From: Felis catus
Taxonomy: Eukaryota
Length of the DNA: 64,000 bases
Assembly (NCBI RefSeq): GCF_018350175.1
Contig: NC_058368.1
Span: 2,480,001 to 2,544,000 of the forward strand
Reading direction: 5' to 3'
Positions 24,670 to 39,529 of the stretch are shown in pieces. Every line of letters begins with the position of its first letter. The stretch's first letter is position 1. The notes under the pieces are model-generated. The model was not told where the DNA came from, did no database searches, and saw only the letters and a list, made by a program, of their open reading frames with translations. The position numbers and the translations under genes were made by a program.

Positions 24670-24857
24670 CATATACTTGGCACCATCACTTGTTAGCACT
24701 GTGGCAGTAGGCATGTTACTTAATCTCTAGAAGTCCGTTTTTTCATGTGTAAAATGGGATAAGAGTACCTATCTCATACGGCGATTTTGAAAGTTAAAAA
24801 GGTAAAACACAAAAGCACTTAGCGTGGAACACATCAAGCAGCCAATAAATGTTGGCT
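24670..24857 (+). mobile_element. MIR
   Basis: gttacttaatctct...tcatgtgtaaaatgggataa...tacctatctcata...aagcacttag...caataaatgtt. Confidence 0.8.
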
Positions 24858-27751
24858 CCAGTAGTTCTGTCCTCTTACCATTGAAGTTTACCCGTAGTCC
24901 ACCAGGGTCGGAATAGGAACTGACTTCAACCTTCCCAAACACTCCTCTCCACTCCACACTCCTCACAATTTCCAAACCAGAGCCCTTGACTAAAGGGCTG
25001 TAGAGGAGGTGGGGAGAGTGGGGGAAATGGAGATGGGAGGGTGGAGGCCCAGTTACACCTTTACTGCAGGAAAGGAATGGAAGTATTCCATGGTGATGTG
25101 CGTTTGGGGGTCCAAGGAAGTCAGGAGGAGGGGACATGTGTTAGTGAGGAAAGCAGTAGAGGTGGGCAGAGCGCTTTTTCCAGCGGTCACCTGAAATTTG
25201 GAGGGACTTTATTATACCTTACAGGCCATTGTTTACATCCATGTGTCATAAACTCACCCCGGGCCCATGAAAGGGTATCAGCAATCACGGGGAGCAGATC
25301 TCGGTGGGGCAGGGAGGGTTGGGGAAGCTGTTTCCAGATCTGCTGCCCCCTATCTTAGTGCTCATTTCTCTTCATGGCCCTCTTCACTTACCTCATCATG
25401 TATTCCCATCGGGGTCTAAGCACTAAATGATCAGCAGAAGAGACTGATGAAGAGAAAACCAGAGGGATTAAAATATTCTGAGAAGAGACAGCCTGAGAGA
25501 GCACTGCGATGGGAATCAATCATAGTATTTGCTGCGTATCTCATGGGCAGAAATGTGGGGGGAAGGACATGAGGACTAGCCTAATGATAGCTCGTAAGTG
25601 TCTATTGTTTGCTGCCTGTTTTATATGCATTTTTCCTTTTATTCCTAACAACAGTCTTCCAAGGCAGGTGTTATTAAGCCAATTACACCACGTGTGTGGA
25701 AAGCCAGGCCTCATTCCTCTTGGAGTTTGGCATCTATGTGCCAATTGAAAAATACTTATAAAACCTACGCACACAGGCGTGGACCCAGGAGCTCATGACC
25801 GTGGCGCAGCTGGAGGGGAATCGTGAGGCAGTCGGCCAGACACGGCCGGTGGAGTGGGTTCTGGCGAAAATGGGCCGCGACCCACGGAAGGAAAGAGATG
25901 ATCGCCTTAGCTGTAATAGGAAAGCAGGACCAAACCGAGGGGGAGGCACCTTGACCCGCACGTTGGCGGCGCAAGGAAGGGGCGGAGGCTTCCTGCGGCT
26001 CGAGCTCGGTGTGCAGCTGAAGTGTGGGTTCGTCCGCTGCAGCAGCGGAGCGACGCCGGGAGCACGCTGCTCCTCGGCGGGGAAGCGCTCCGTCAGCTAC
26101 TTAGCCCCGGCTCCCACCGCCGCATCCTTTTTAAAGTGACAGTCACGAGGCTGCAGGATTCGGAAGCGGAAATGGTCTTTGCTCATTGGCTCACCATCTA
26201 AACTCGGTCCGAAAGAATGTGGCTGGGGACAGCTGGCGGAAACTGTCCCAGGCCGGTCTTCAGTGGAAGCGTCCACGTGCTGCTCATGGCCTCCCTCACC
26301 GAGCGTCTGGCCCCCTCTCCCCCCGCCCCCGCCCGCCCGTCTCCCTTCATCAGCTTCTGCTGGCAAAGTAACCCACCCGGCACACGGGGCCCGCGCGGCC
26401 CAGGGACGGCCCCGCGTGAGCCGGCGCTGCTGGCTGCCTCCGTGCTGGATGCCGGCCACTCGGGCGGTTTATGAGAAGTGACACTTCCTCCCCGGCTTCT
26501 CGAGCAGTTACCGTGAAAGCCCACCGTCGACGTGACCGCCGTCAATGCCGCGGGGCAGGGCTCTGGTGCTTCCTAAACACGTAAGCACGACGCACGGAGT
26601 CAGCCCGCGGACACCCAATGACCTGGGACTGCGGCAAAGGGGTGTGGGAATGGCCAGGAGGGAGGACCCCCTCGCTCCTCGCCCTCCTCTCCGCCGGGGC
26701 CGGGCCGGAGCACGCCTTCCGCCCCGGGGGCGGCGGAAGGTCGCTCCGGGTCGCCGGCACCTCCCGCACCCGAGAAATCTGCCAATTCACGACTCCGTCT
26801 CATCTTCCGGCGAAACCCTCTCGTCCCGAGCAGGGCCAGCCCCAGGGCCTCACCTCCGGCCTCTCGCCGACTCCTGGGGCGGATTCCCCCCCCCTCCCAA
26901 CCCCGCGCCCCCATAAAGAGGCTGCCTCCCTTTCCCGGCGCAGGGGTCCAGTCTCCGCTCCCACCCCGCGCCTCACTCGCACGTCCCGCGGACTAGAGCC
27001 GTGCTCAAGTCCCGGCAACTTTCACCATCTTGACCCGAGAGCCGGGCCATTTCTGAGACAATGTGAACAAAGGGGAGCGGCGGGGCGAGGGGCCGGCGGG
27101 CGGACTGCGGGGCGAAGGTGTGCGCGCGCGGGGGGCGGGGGGCGGCGCGGGGGGGGTCCCGGCGCCGGCCGGCTGTCCCGGGCTCCGAGCGCGCCGCCGC
27201 CGGGCTCCGGGGCCGGCCTGGCTCGGCGGGGCCCCCCGAGGCCCGGGGTGGCGATTTCTTTCTTTGTCCCGGCCCGTGGCCGGGCGCGGAGGCCGCTGGC
27301 CGCGGGCAGGAAGCCGAGCCCGGGCTCCGGGGCTCGGGCTTGCGCTTGGGGCCCCGCGAGGCAGGGCAGGAAGGAGCGGCTGCGGGCCCCAGGGCGCCCC
27401 CCACGCGCCTCCCGCGCGCTCCCCCGACTCCGCGGCTGGCTTCCGACCGTGGGGGAGACCCCGGAACTCCTCGGTCGGGCCGCAACCGCCAGGGCGGCAC
27501 GGCTCGCCCTCAACAGCGTGGCTGGGGGCAAAGAGGGAGTCCACTGGCGCGCTCGCCTCCACCCCGACCCTCCGAAGATGCGCGCGCTAGTGGAACTCGG
27601 GGGCCGAGGCGGTTCTCTGGCGCCCCCGCTGCCGGCTGCACCGCGGTCTCCCGGATCCGGGCTGCCAGGCTGGACCTAAACATAGCCGGGTGTGTAGAAA
27701 CCGATGCCGTCAGAAAGCCCCGAACAGAACGGTGGGCACATCTGCCTCGCC

Positions 27752-27838
27752 TGTGTGTGTGTGTGGGGGGGGGGGGGGGTAGGGAGAGGGAGAGAGAGAC
27801 CGAGAGACAGAGAGGAAAAAGACAGGGAGAGAGAGAAG
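27752..27838. repeat. (TG)n-poly(G)-(GA)n compound repeat within the promoter island
   Basis: Read directly. Confidence 0.85.
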
Positions 27839-28318
27839 CTGGGTCCACATCCATCCGGCTTACCTGCAGCACGGTTTGCGCCTCTGTGTATCTGGCATTA
27901 AGAATGAAAGAGAAACTGCCCTTTCCATTCGAGCTCACCGAATCCCCCCCACTTCCCTCCAACTCTTTCAACTAAGTTTTATTTTATTATGCAAGGCAAC
28001 ACTGCAGAGTCCACGCGAAAACCCGTTTCCCGATGGCAGTCTGAACCTCCGTCGGTGTCTCCAGCCAGATTTTAGGTTGCCAGCCTCGATTCGGCAGGAG
28101 ACGCGGCGTTTCCGCCTCCCGCCTCCCGCCTCCCTCGGTGCATCCTCCTTTGTACGGCGAGGGCTCCTCGGCCGTCTCCCGGGAAGTCCCGCGCTCTGGC
28201 ACGCTGCGCCGGGCCTGCGGCAGAGCCGCGCGGGCCGTGCGGGCGGGCGCTAGGACCGCGGGGAGCCCGGGCGGCCGCGGCGCTACCTTAAACCCAGCCC
28301 AATGCCGCTGCCTGCGCC

Positions 28319-29728
<1,410 letters not shown>

Positions 29729-30230
29729 TGAAAGGAGGGCATGATTTATAAATATAACACAAGTCTCTAGTTCTTTTGCATCAGATACACGGGAAGATCG
29801 GGTTTAGGAAGTTTCTTTTGAATGGACTGATTCCGCGAGTTTAAAGCTTTAATCATTAACTACTGAGAACTTGAAAATGCATTTTGCCGAAGGCAGTGGT
29901 TATTATCTTGTGCCCCAATGAAGTTTTTGCTCCCCCTCTTTTTCTTCTAATAAGTACACTGCTTGAATTGTAAATTAAGCGTATTGTTTATTCCCACCGC
30001 GAGGGTCTGAAAACCCCGTAGGCGAAGGTTGCTGACTGATTGTTCTGCTGGGAGGACTAAAGTCATATTTTAGACTCCGAGAGCAGCAGAGGCAGAGCGC
30101 TGGGGGAAAATGACTCGGGAAGGGGTCGAACGCTCACCGGGGGCGTTTGTCTTTACAGCTATCAAGTTATTACCTATGCTCTGTATTTGTACAGTGTGCA
30201 GCCCTGTGTGGCTTTCCTGGGTGGTTCCCT

Positions 30231-30232
<2 letters not shown>

Positions 30233-30286
<54 letters not shown>

Positions 30287-30292
30287 CGCGCG
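30233..30292. repeat. (TG)23(CG)7 compound microsatellite
   Basis: Read directly. Confidence 0.97.
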
Positions 30293-31029
30293 TGCAAAAG
30301 CTGCGAGCTAATTTTAAAGGACATTCCGAGGATTTCATTTCCCAAGGAGGGTACTTGTGACTCAGCACTGAGGGCTGCAGACCCGGGTGCTGGTGACTCT
30401 GCTCCCTTTAATGCCTGCACGCACGTGCCCGCGGGGCCACCCTGAGCCCAGCGGCACAGTGTCAGCGAGCACAATACCGATGGGGAGACTCTCGGGTGTT
30501 TTCCTTACTCACTAAAAAGCAAGCAAGCTCCAGTTGGGCAACCAGACTGTTGGAAGGAGTTAACTTCTCAGTGAACCCACCTGACAACACTTAAACTAGG
30601 TCGTAAAAAACAAAGTCCTGTGGTGATTTTTCTTTCTCATGCTTTAATGCCAGATGTTGAACGCAGCCTAAACTATCTGTTTAGATTCGTGGGGCTGTAG
30701 AGGATGCCAGAAGGTGAGGACGACTCAGGCCTGGGATGGGGATGGTCCCAGATCCACGAGGCCCAGGATTTTCTCCTTTTGCTCACCGCCCAAGCCTAAG
30801 CCCCAAGCTGAACCTACTAGTGTAAATATTCCTGGCAGTCTCCCCTCTCTGCTTAAAAAAAGGAAAGGAAAAGGCAAAGCTGTAGCTCTTTGCTTTGCAA
30901 TTATTCAGTTGAAATATAACTGCCCCTCCCCCCCCGCCCCCCGAAGTGAACGCAGCTCTGGTTGTTGCAAAGCGTAGACTAAACTTTACTAAAAGTGCTG
31001 TTCTGTCTGGCCACTTTAAGGGCTGCTAC

Positions 31030-33260
31030 CGTGCCTAGCGCTCGGTACCCGAACAACAGGCCACGGTGGGCGACCGTGGGTGGGGGAGCGAATATGCGCC
31101 CGGCCGCAGCGGCCCCCCGCTGGACGTCTGCACCGCTCTGGCTGTTGGCCGGCGGCGTGGGCGGGCGGCCTAGGTGCGCGGGGCGGCTGGAGCCCCAGTC
31201 CTCCCGCGCTCCCGGCCGGCAGGTGCCGAGTCGGCAGCCCAGGCCCCCCGGCGCTCTCGGCGGCCGCCCGGCCAGCTCCGCGCGGTCCTAAACACGCTCC
31301 GTTTCCGTCCCCCTTTCTACCGGGCTGGAGTGCGCCCTTCGGTGCTGCAGGGACTCCTTGCGTCCGGGGGCGACGGGCAGGGGCCGACACGCTTCTGGTA
31401 GTGTTTAGGGAATGAGATTTTTTTTGGCCCAAGTTTAGTGCCTTCGCTTTCTCTTTGTGTGTGAGTGTGGGTCCAGCGAGGCTGACAGCCGCCGCCCCGG
31501 GCAGCGCGGGTGTTCGCGGTGTGGGAACCGCCGGAGGCGCGCACCGCGGCGGGAGAGCTGGTGGCGGGGACTGAGATCAGGCTGGAGGTCGTACCCCTGG
31601 CCTCCCCCATGCCGTCTCGGACCCATCTCCCTCATCTGAAGCACGCAGCCGGGTCTCGGAGAATCGATGGCTCAGCGGTGCCTGGGAGGTGGGTCGAGGA
31701 CCCCGGCCCTGCCGGCCGGAGCCGCAGGGGAAGGGGATGGGGGGGGGGGGGACAAAGGGCCGCGGAGGCGGGTGGAGGGGGCGGTGAGCTATTGTTAACG
31801 GCGTTCCGGGAGCGGAGCTCGCGGCCCGCGGGCCTGCGTCTCGGCGCCCCGGCTTGGGCCCTGGCCTCCGGGCCCGGGGGAGCGCGGCGGGGCACCAATG
31901 CGGAGCGAGGGTAGCTTCATTGTGTGAATTAGCCGAGTCCTGCCTTGGCGAGAGCGCCTCAGAACCCCGGCGCAGCCCGACTGGGCCCCGGAGTGGACAG
32001 ATTATGGGCTGTTCCACTTGGGGTTCCTCCACGTCCCCCCCCCCCCCACATAGCCTTTTTCTTTTTCTTTCTCTTTTTTTTTTTAATGCAGTCACCTTTT
32101 GGGTAGGACGTTTGCTAAACGCAGTCGAGTGAGTCATTAGAAATCTAGTAACTGCCACCGGGGAGAGTGAGGATGCAAGGGTTGAATCGTGGGGAACGCG
32201 AGGGTGGAGAGAACCCCAAAAGCGAGTTCTGGGGTCATCGGACGAGGACCGCTGCTACAGCAGCTGAATAGAGACCATAGAACAAAAAATAACTGGAAGT
32301 CGTCCCCCCCCCACCCCCCAATCCTGGAGGTTGGAGAAAGGTGTCGCCAAGGAAGTGACATCTCTACTCCTTAGACTCGCTTGGCACTGTTGGCCGGGTT
32401 GGCAGTGCGGGGAGGAGGAGAGGAGGGGAGGTCAGCCCCGGCCCGCGTTGGGGGGCGGGGGGAGAAGGGGCTCGGATCCGCGAGCTCGAGGGTCGGCCGG
32501 GAGCCGGCCGCGGGGGGAAGGGCGCGCCCGGCGCTCCGCTGTGCCACTCACCCCCGTTTGGATGGAGCCGAGTGGGTGGCTGTGCGCAGTGGGGGTGGGG
32601 AAGGAGGGTGAGGCAGGAGGGTTATTTAAGTCTTTCATCCGCTTGCCGGGAGAAGCGGCCCCCGGGGTGACAGCAGTGCCGCGGTCTCCCGCCGCTACCG
32701 CTGCGGCAGGTCCCAATATTAGCAACCTCTGCAGCGCCGAGCGAGTGCCGGGAGCCTCCTACCCTTGCCTTCCCAGCCCCGCCCGGAAGCAGGGCTGGGC
32801 TCCGCGGCGCTAGGACCCTGCGGGCAGGGCGGGGGAGCGCGCGGCCCGGGGAGGGGGCGGAGGGGCTGCAGCGGCCCGCCACACCTGGCGCTCCCGCTCG
32901 CTCCCCGCCGCTGCCGCCCTGGCCGGCCTCCTCCCTTCCCGGTCCGCTGCCTCCCTCTCCTCGGCCCAGCTCCCTGCAGGGGACTCAGTCCTCAAGACCC
33001 TCGGTTTCTGTCCCGATTCTTTAGAAAGGAGTAGCTGTAGGTAGGGGGTGGGGGTGGTTTACACTTCGATGAAAAATATAAGGTGCATTTCTGCGTGCAG
33101 TGAGCTGGCGGCAGGAGACGGGCCGGAGGAATGATTTTTGCCACCCCCCATGCAGCCGCAGGTGACTGCAGCTGCTGGCAGGCTTCGCGGTGACACAGCA
33201 GCAGTGCAGGGGACGTGGGGGCGGGGGCATCTTACCGTCGTCCCAGCGGGAGCTGCGGCA
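31030..33260. promoter_or_regulatory. Second CpG island in FGF9 intron 1
   Basis: Dense CpG/GC-rich blocks at 31030-32000 and 32400-33260. Confidence 0.85.
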
Positions 33261-35199
33261 GTGACAACTTAGGTGGGACCTTGAGAAAGCCCTTTGTGTT
33301 TTCCTGGGGGGGGGGGGGGTGGTATGCAGATAAGGCTGAGCCAGGAGAACTGGCACAAGGTATTGCATCTCTCTGGGTAATAGGCTGGGGGGGGGGGCGG
33401 GATGTTTCACTTCATGCATAGTTTTTGTCTTTAAAGCACTTGCTAGACGGGGGAAAAAAAGTGAGCAGAAAATCGATTGAGGAAAAGGTCATGCAGAATA
33501 ATAAAACAGTGAGCGCTGGTCCTTTTCCGCTATTTGATTTGGCACAAGGAAGCCCGAGTGGACCGACCCCCTGACTTCGTGGAAAGATGGCGTGCTTCTC
33601 TGCTGCTGTGCCCTTTGGGCTGGAGTGTTGGCTGGAAAAGGCCAGACTTCATCAGCCCTCCAGATGCGCGTCCGACCTGGGGCTGCTCTAAGAAAGACTG
33701 CCTGTTTAAGGTGTTATTTTCCCGATTGGTTCAGATTCTTGAAAAATTGGGAGTTGTAACTCCCACTTCGTCATTTCCTAAGGAAACTCTGAGATCTGCT
33801 CAGATTGCTTCAGACTCCGCTTTACTCCGTCCCAGGCTTGGAGATGATTGATTTGGCAGCCCGGGTGTGGGATTCTCTGGGTGAGGAGGGAGCTCCGGAG
33901 GGAGGGGTGCTGATCTATTTTCGAAAGCCTCCTGTCTTGCCTCTCTCCACGGTCCGCATACATTCTTGTCCTCTAAAGAATGCAGCTCTGTTTTAAGTGT
34001 TGGGGGCTTTTAGCCCAGAGGGTTGTTTAACACGGGCCACAGTGGAACATGTGCCCGCCCTTCCACTTGCCATGGCTGGCCTTATTATGGCCTTGGACAT
34101 GAGGCCCTATACAGAGGGGCTTTTGGGAGCCAGGCCAGCTTCGGGTTCGCGGCCCATTTGAACAGAGCTCTGGGCTGACCACTAATATCTAGTAAGTCTG
34201 GAGCAAAGGTCTGGTGTGGTCATTTTCCTAAAGTGGTCTCGGGAACTGTCCCAGCCTCCTGTGGACCAGAGATGACCTCAGACCCCATGAGACCCCCTTG
34301 GGCCCAGTGAGCACATCCTCAGAGGAACTGTTGGCTGCTGTGAAAGAGAATAACAGTCAGATGCCACTGGCCGCTGACCCTGTGCTTCCCATGTCACTCC
34401 ACTGCCACCCGTTACTGGGGCCCTTCTGAGCTGAGGATGCCTTGGTTGTGCCTGCCTAAGAGAAGGGACAGCCGCCTGCGGCCCACGTGTGAGGGCCTAC
34501 ATTTAGATGTTCGGCAACAATCCCACCGTTCCCTCCCCCTCTCTCGCTTCCTGTTTTCTTTCTCCTCTTCCTGGCTCTTCCCTTCTTGCCCTCCCTCTCC
34601 CGTTGCTCATTAAACATTTAAGGGTTTCTACACGGAAGCCTTCTCCTGGGTTGTATTGATCCAGCACCCCTGTATACCGCACGCTCATGCAAAAAAAGGG
34701 GTGGGGGCTGCCCTCAAGTGAGAATTGTTGGAAGCCCTTGCTTGTCTCAGGCCCAGAGAGACATTAGTTGACTCGGTGGAGGTTATGGAGTTCACTGTGG
34801 ACAAGATGGTTCCAGGAATGATAAGGATTCCCATGTGGGCGGAGGGGATCTTGTTGCCCCGTTGCCGGGTCTTTCTGACCTTATGCTGTTGGTGCTCTGG
34901 TTGGGGGGGGGGGGGATGCTGTGACTCAGGCATTCAGGTGTTCTGCTTGCCCTTGGATCATTGAGATGACCTCATAAAAAGCTGTGCCTTTCTTTTGAGG
35001 TCTCTATTTCTCAAGGATGGTGGTTTGAGATGATCAAATCCTTTCCACCTGGGGTAACTACATAGGTAGTTTCTTCTCACCTCGAGAGCCGCCTCGGAAA
35101 CTTGTCTCAGGAATTATTTCTTTCCAGAGGCCCCCTCTGACTTCCCTTCCCAAACCTGAGTGAGCTACTCTTCGTTGGACACCGACCACACCCTAAACG

Positions 35200-35395
35200 T
35201 CTTCTTCTCACTGCCTTTCCCATATTGTTGTTGTATTTATCTACTCATTTGTCTCTCCTTCCACTAGATGGTAAGCTCTTTGAGGATATAGGCCTACGCC
35301 ATGGCTTATTTATCTTTATATATTCAATACACGGCACAGTTCTTGGCTTACGATAGTCACTCAATAATAGTTTGTTGATTGGATAAGTCAGTATA
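35200..35395 (+). mobile_element. L2 3' end fragment
   Basis: ccactagatggtaagctctttgagg...cacagt...tagtcactcaataatagtttgttga. Confidence 0.7.
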
Positions 35396-37776
35396 AATGA
35401 ATTACAGCTATCTTGTTGATGCCAGAAAAAGAAACAAGGTAGATATCTTAATACTTTCATTTCCAGAATATATAATAATTTCAGTCCGTAAGGCCTTTAA
35501 CAGACTTGAACTTTGCACACGTAAACACTTTGGGTAAATAGTCTACATACATAGGAGATGCCCACTGTGGTGGAGTCTCATCTAGGTAACGACTTCTAGT
35601 CACCAGTAAGAGAATGACTATCAATATGGTACAGAAATCACGGATACATGAAAAAAAAAAAAAAGGTAAAAACAGTGGTAAGATGTGCATCATCAACAAG
35701 CATATGGGCTTCGGCGTCCGATTGCGGGGGGCAAATTATTTAACATCCTCACGCCTCAGTGTCCCCATTTGTGAGCTGAAGATTAAAACGTAATGCCTAG
35801 GGTTGTTGTGAGCACTGAGTGGAAGGCCCCACTGGCACTGACTAAATGTTCCAGTGTCCAAGCTATCTTGATTGTCGTCGTTTTCGGTATCGAGAGTGTT
35901 CTCGATGTTCTGCAGGCAAGCTAGTGGAACGGTTTTGTAAGATCACACCCACCCACCCTGTTGCTTTTGGGCCTGACGGGCAATGATGATGAATATTCAT
36001 GACTCGTTCCCAGAGCTGCCTCATGTTTAGGGAAAACACAGAGATCCTCACATACCCTGTGAGAAGATGCGAGTGTCTTTTAGTCTTGGGATTAAAGCCT
36101 TCCCCATTGATAGGGTGTAGTAAATTGATCAGACCCCAACGGGGGGCAAAATGCTTCCTGTCTTTCGTGTTATGATGAAAATTGGACACTGGCAAATTCC
36201 TTACACTCATTTCGGGATCACTGTGACCTATATTGTGGTTGTTTTCAGGTAGCTAAGAAGAGGTTATGCACGTGACTCCCAATAGTAGTAAAATGCCATA
36301 ACTGAGATGAGTTTTTAATCATAAGAATTGGAATAGTACAATGAAAGGAAAGAGTTGCGTCAATCAGGGAGTGCATCTCGTGCGAAGGGAATCTCGTGGA
36401 AGTATCTCCTTACTGACCTTTCCGTTTGGTCTGTGAGGTGGGAAAGGCTCCTCGTACACTAGCTTCTTTGGATGCACCTTCTGACGTAGAGTCTCAGATG
36501 ATCAGATCCGAAGTGTAATTTGTAATTTCTCTTTATATCTTTTTCCATGCACTGCTTCGCATTTTATGAAAATAAATAGTTTTGCGTGTTCAGATAGATA
36601 TCCTATAAAATGCAGACACACGATATTGGTTACATTTTCTGCTTATAAAAGAATTAAGAGTCCCCCTTTATAAGAAATCTCTCTTCTTTGTTGTATCACC
36701 TTGGAACCCTTTGCTTTATGAGATTTATGCAGCGCACGTCTTCTTTGGATTTTGCAGCACAGTCTATTTTGTGAGAGTTGCAAAATTAATTGTTTCAAAA
36801 TCCACATAAGTGCTTTTTTATTAGTCACAGGAGACTGACTATAGCACACTGTTATCCTTAGTGTTTTGCTAAACTCTCAACTGTAAGTGAATTTTTCAAT
36901 ATTTGAAGATATTTTTAAAACAAGAATTCAATATTTGGTATGTGTTAACTCAAGGTCTACACAGAGGATATCCTTTTATAACAAAATTGAGTGAATGGCT
37001 AAGCACAAGAAATACTAGCATTGTCCCAGATATACAGTTGGGTAATCATCTTAAAACAACAATATAGTTAGAGAAATTAAAGTTGCTGTTGTATGGCCAT
37101 AAAATTCTGGATTGATGCCCAGCTTAGGTGTTGTTATTCTTAGTGAGGTAAGCACGGGGAAAGATGAGGGAAAAAAGATCATGATGTTGGTTTGATTTGG
37201 GGATATAGTCCTTCATACCCATTTTCATTCAAGAGCATTTTTGATGTTAGCATTTTCCCCTCAGAATATTATGTTATCTTAATTGTTTAACTAGTTCTTT
37301 GAGGCTTGGATAAGTACAGCAAAAATCAATACTTCGTTTAAGCAGAAATATTTGGGATGTATGTAGGCTATTTTAATTTTCCAGGTGGAGCTCAATAAAG
37401 TTATACAATCAAAAGGTGAATAATATTCTATATAAACCAATCAGGTCTTTGGTTAGCACATATACTTTTATTTTAAGGGACATAAGATCAGTCTCTGAAT
37501 AGAATATTTTCCAATACCTGCCCATACACAAATACTTAATTTCGTATTTATGAAGTAAGAAGTAAGTTGTTTTTCTCTTAAAGTAGACTCTTCTAAGGTT
37601 AATTTGAAGATGTATTTTGATTTATCTGTCATATCACTTCTTAGGGTATCTGTAAACACTAGCTTTAAAAAATTTTTTTGTTATGTGTCATGTTAGTATT
37701 TTTATATCATTTTTATAAGATGGAATTTAGTTGAAAAATCAGTTTTCTTAGGCAGTGGTTTTAAGAGAAGACACTT

Positions 37777-38300
<524 letters not shown>

Positions 38301-39314
38301 TGATACATATCTAGAAATGAAGCTGAGTCTCTTTGGAAGGAGAGTGTAAGTTCTTGCTTTTTGAGAAAAACCATTCTGTTTGTATTTATAGATATCAGCC
38401 CTGGACCTTCACCAGACCCAAGTTTCTAAGAAAATGCTTTATTTATATGCCAAACCATTTTCATTGTCAAGTAAATAAAAAATTCACAAGTGTGAAAAAT
38501 CCCATCTTCTTGTATTGAATGGGAGTTATTTTTGAAATGAATTGAAATTATCTTCTCCTAAGCTTTGCAAAGCAGTGTAATTAAAACTAGAAACAGACAG
38601 CCATGCAGTGAGTATAAACCCTTTCTCTGAGCTCCATAAGACTCTCATTATGTAGAGGGAAGAGAGGGATGGAAATTATTGCCAGATATTCTTGTACGTG
38701 AATAAGAATATAAAAATATTATAATTATTTGCAAGTATCATAAGTTTCTTTTTTTTTTTCCGGTCTCACTTCCCGTCTCTACCGGGTTGTAAGCTCCCGG
38801 AAGGAGGCACTGAAGAAGTATTTATCGTATCCTAGCAGGTGCCAGGTGGTATTCTGGGCGCTCTGGGATGGCAGTGAGTGAGACAAAGTCCTTGCTTCTG
38901 CTTTGAGCGAAGGGGACTGACTTTACATCTTTGTTATCTCTTTACTTGTACTAGCAGTTTCTAAAACACAGTGCATGCTTTGCAGTAGGAACTTAATGCA
39001 TTTTTTTTTTTTTTGCTCAATGTATGAGTATGAATAATAGATTATTAGTTACTATATACCAACTTGAATTTTTGCCAAAAAAACGCTTGTAGTGAAACCA
39101 GCCTTTAGTTTTTCCTTGCCATTATCGGTGGCCAAATGAGAATTGAATCCACGTTATCGGCAATAGGAGAAGTTTGGTTAGATCCACAAAAAGGTGAAAA
39201 TTAAAAGAAACTGAGAATGGGAGGCAGAAATGAAGGGCTTCTTTATACATAGTGGAGAGAAACGTTGTTTAGATATACCCCTTTCTTGTCCACATATTAG
39301 AAAATACGTGTGTG

Positions 39315-39529
39315 GGGGCGCCTGGGTGGCGCAGTCGGTTAAGCGTCCGACTTCAGCCAGGTCACGATCTCGCGGCCCGTGAGTTCGAGCCCCGCGTCAG
39401 GCTCTGGGCGGATGGCTCGGAGCCTGGAGCCTGTTTCCGATTCTGTGTCTCCCTCTCTCTCTGCCCCTCCCCTGTTCATGCTCTGTCTCTCTCTGTCCCA
39501 AAAATAAATAAATGTTGAAAAAAAAAAAA
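39315..39529 (+). mobile_element. Young felid CanSINE subfamily (gcgcagtcgg / cagccaggtcacg variant)
   Basis: CpG-rich body, intact A-tail, TSD AGAAAATACRTGTGTG. Confidence 0.96.

Noticed and set aside
26545..27975. Overlapping 120-353 aa ORFs on both strands
   Set aside because: A/G/P/R-rich products of the CpG island with no recognisable domain; stops are depleted by GC content.
39315..39390. tRNA gene (A/B box-like sequences)
   Set aside because: These are the tRNA-derived heads of CanSINEs, followed by a CT tract, A-tail and TSD.
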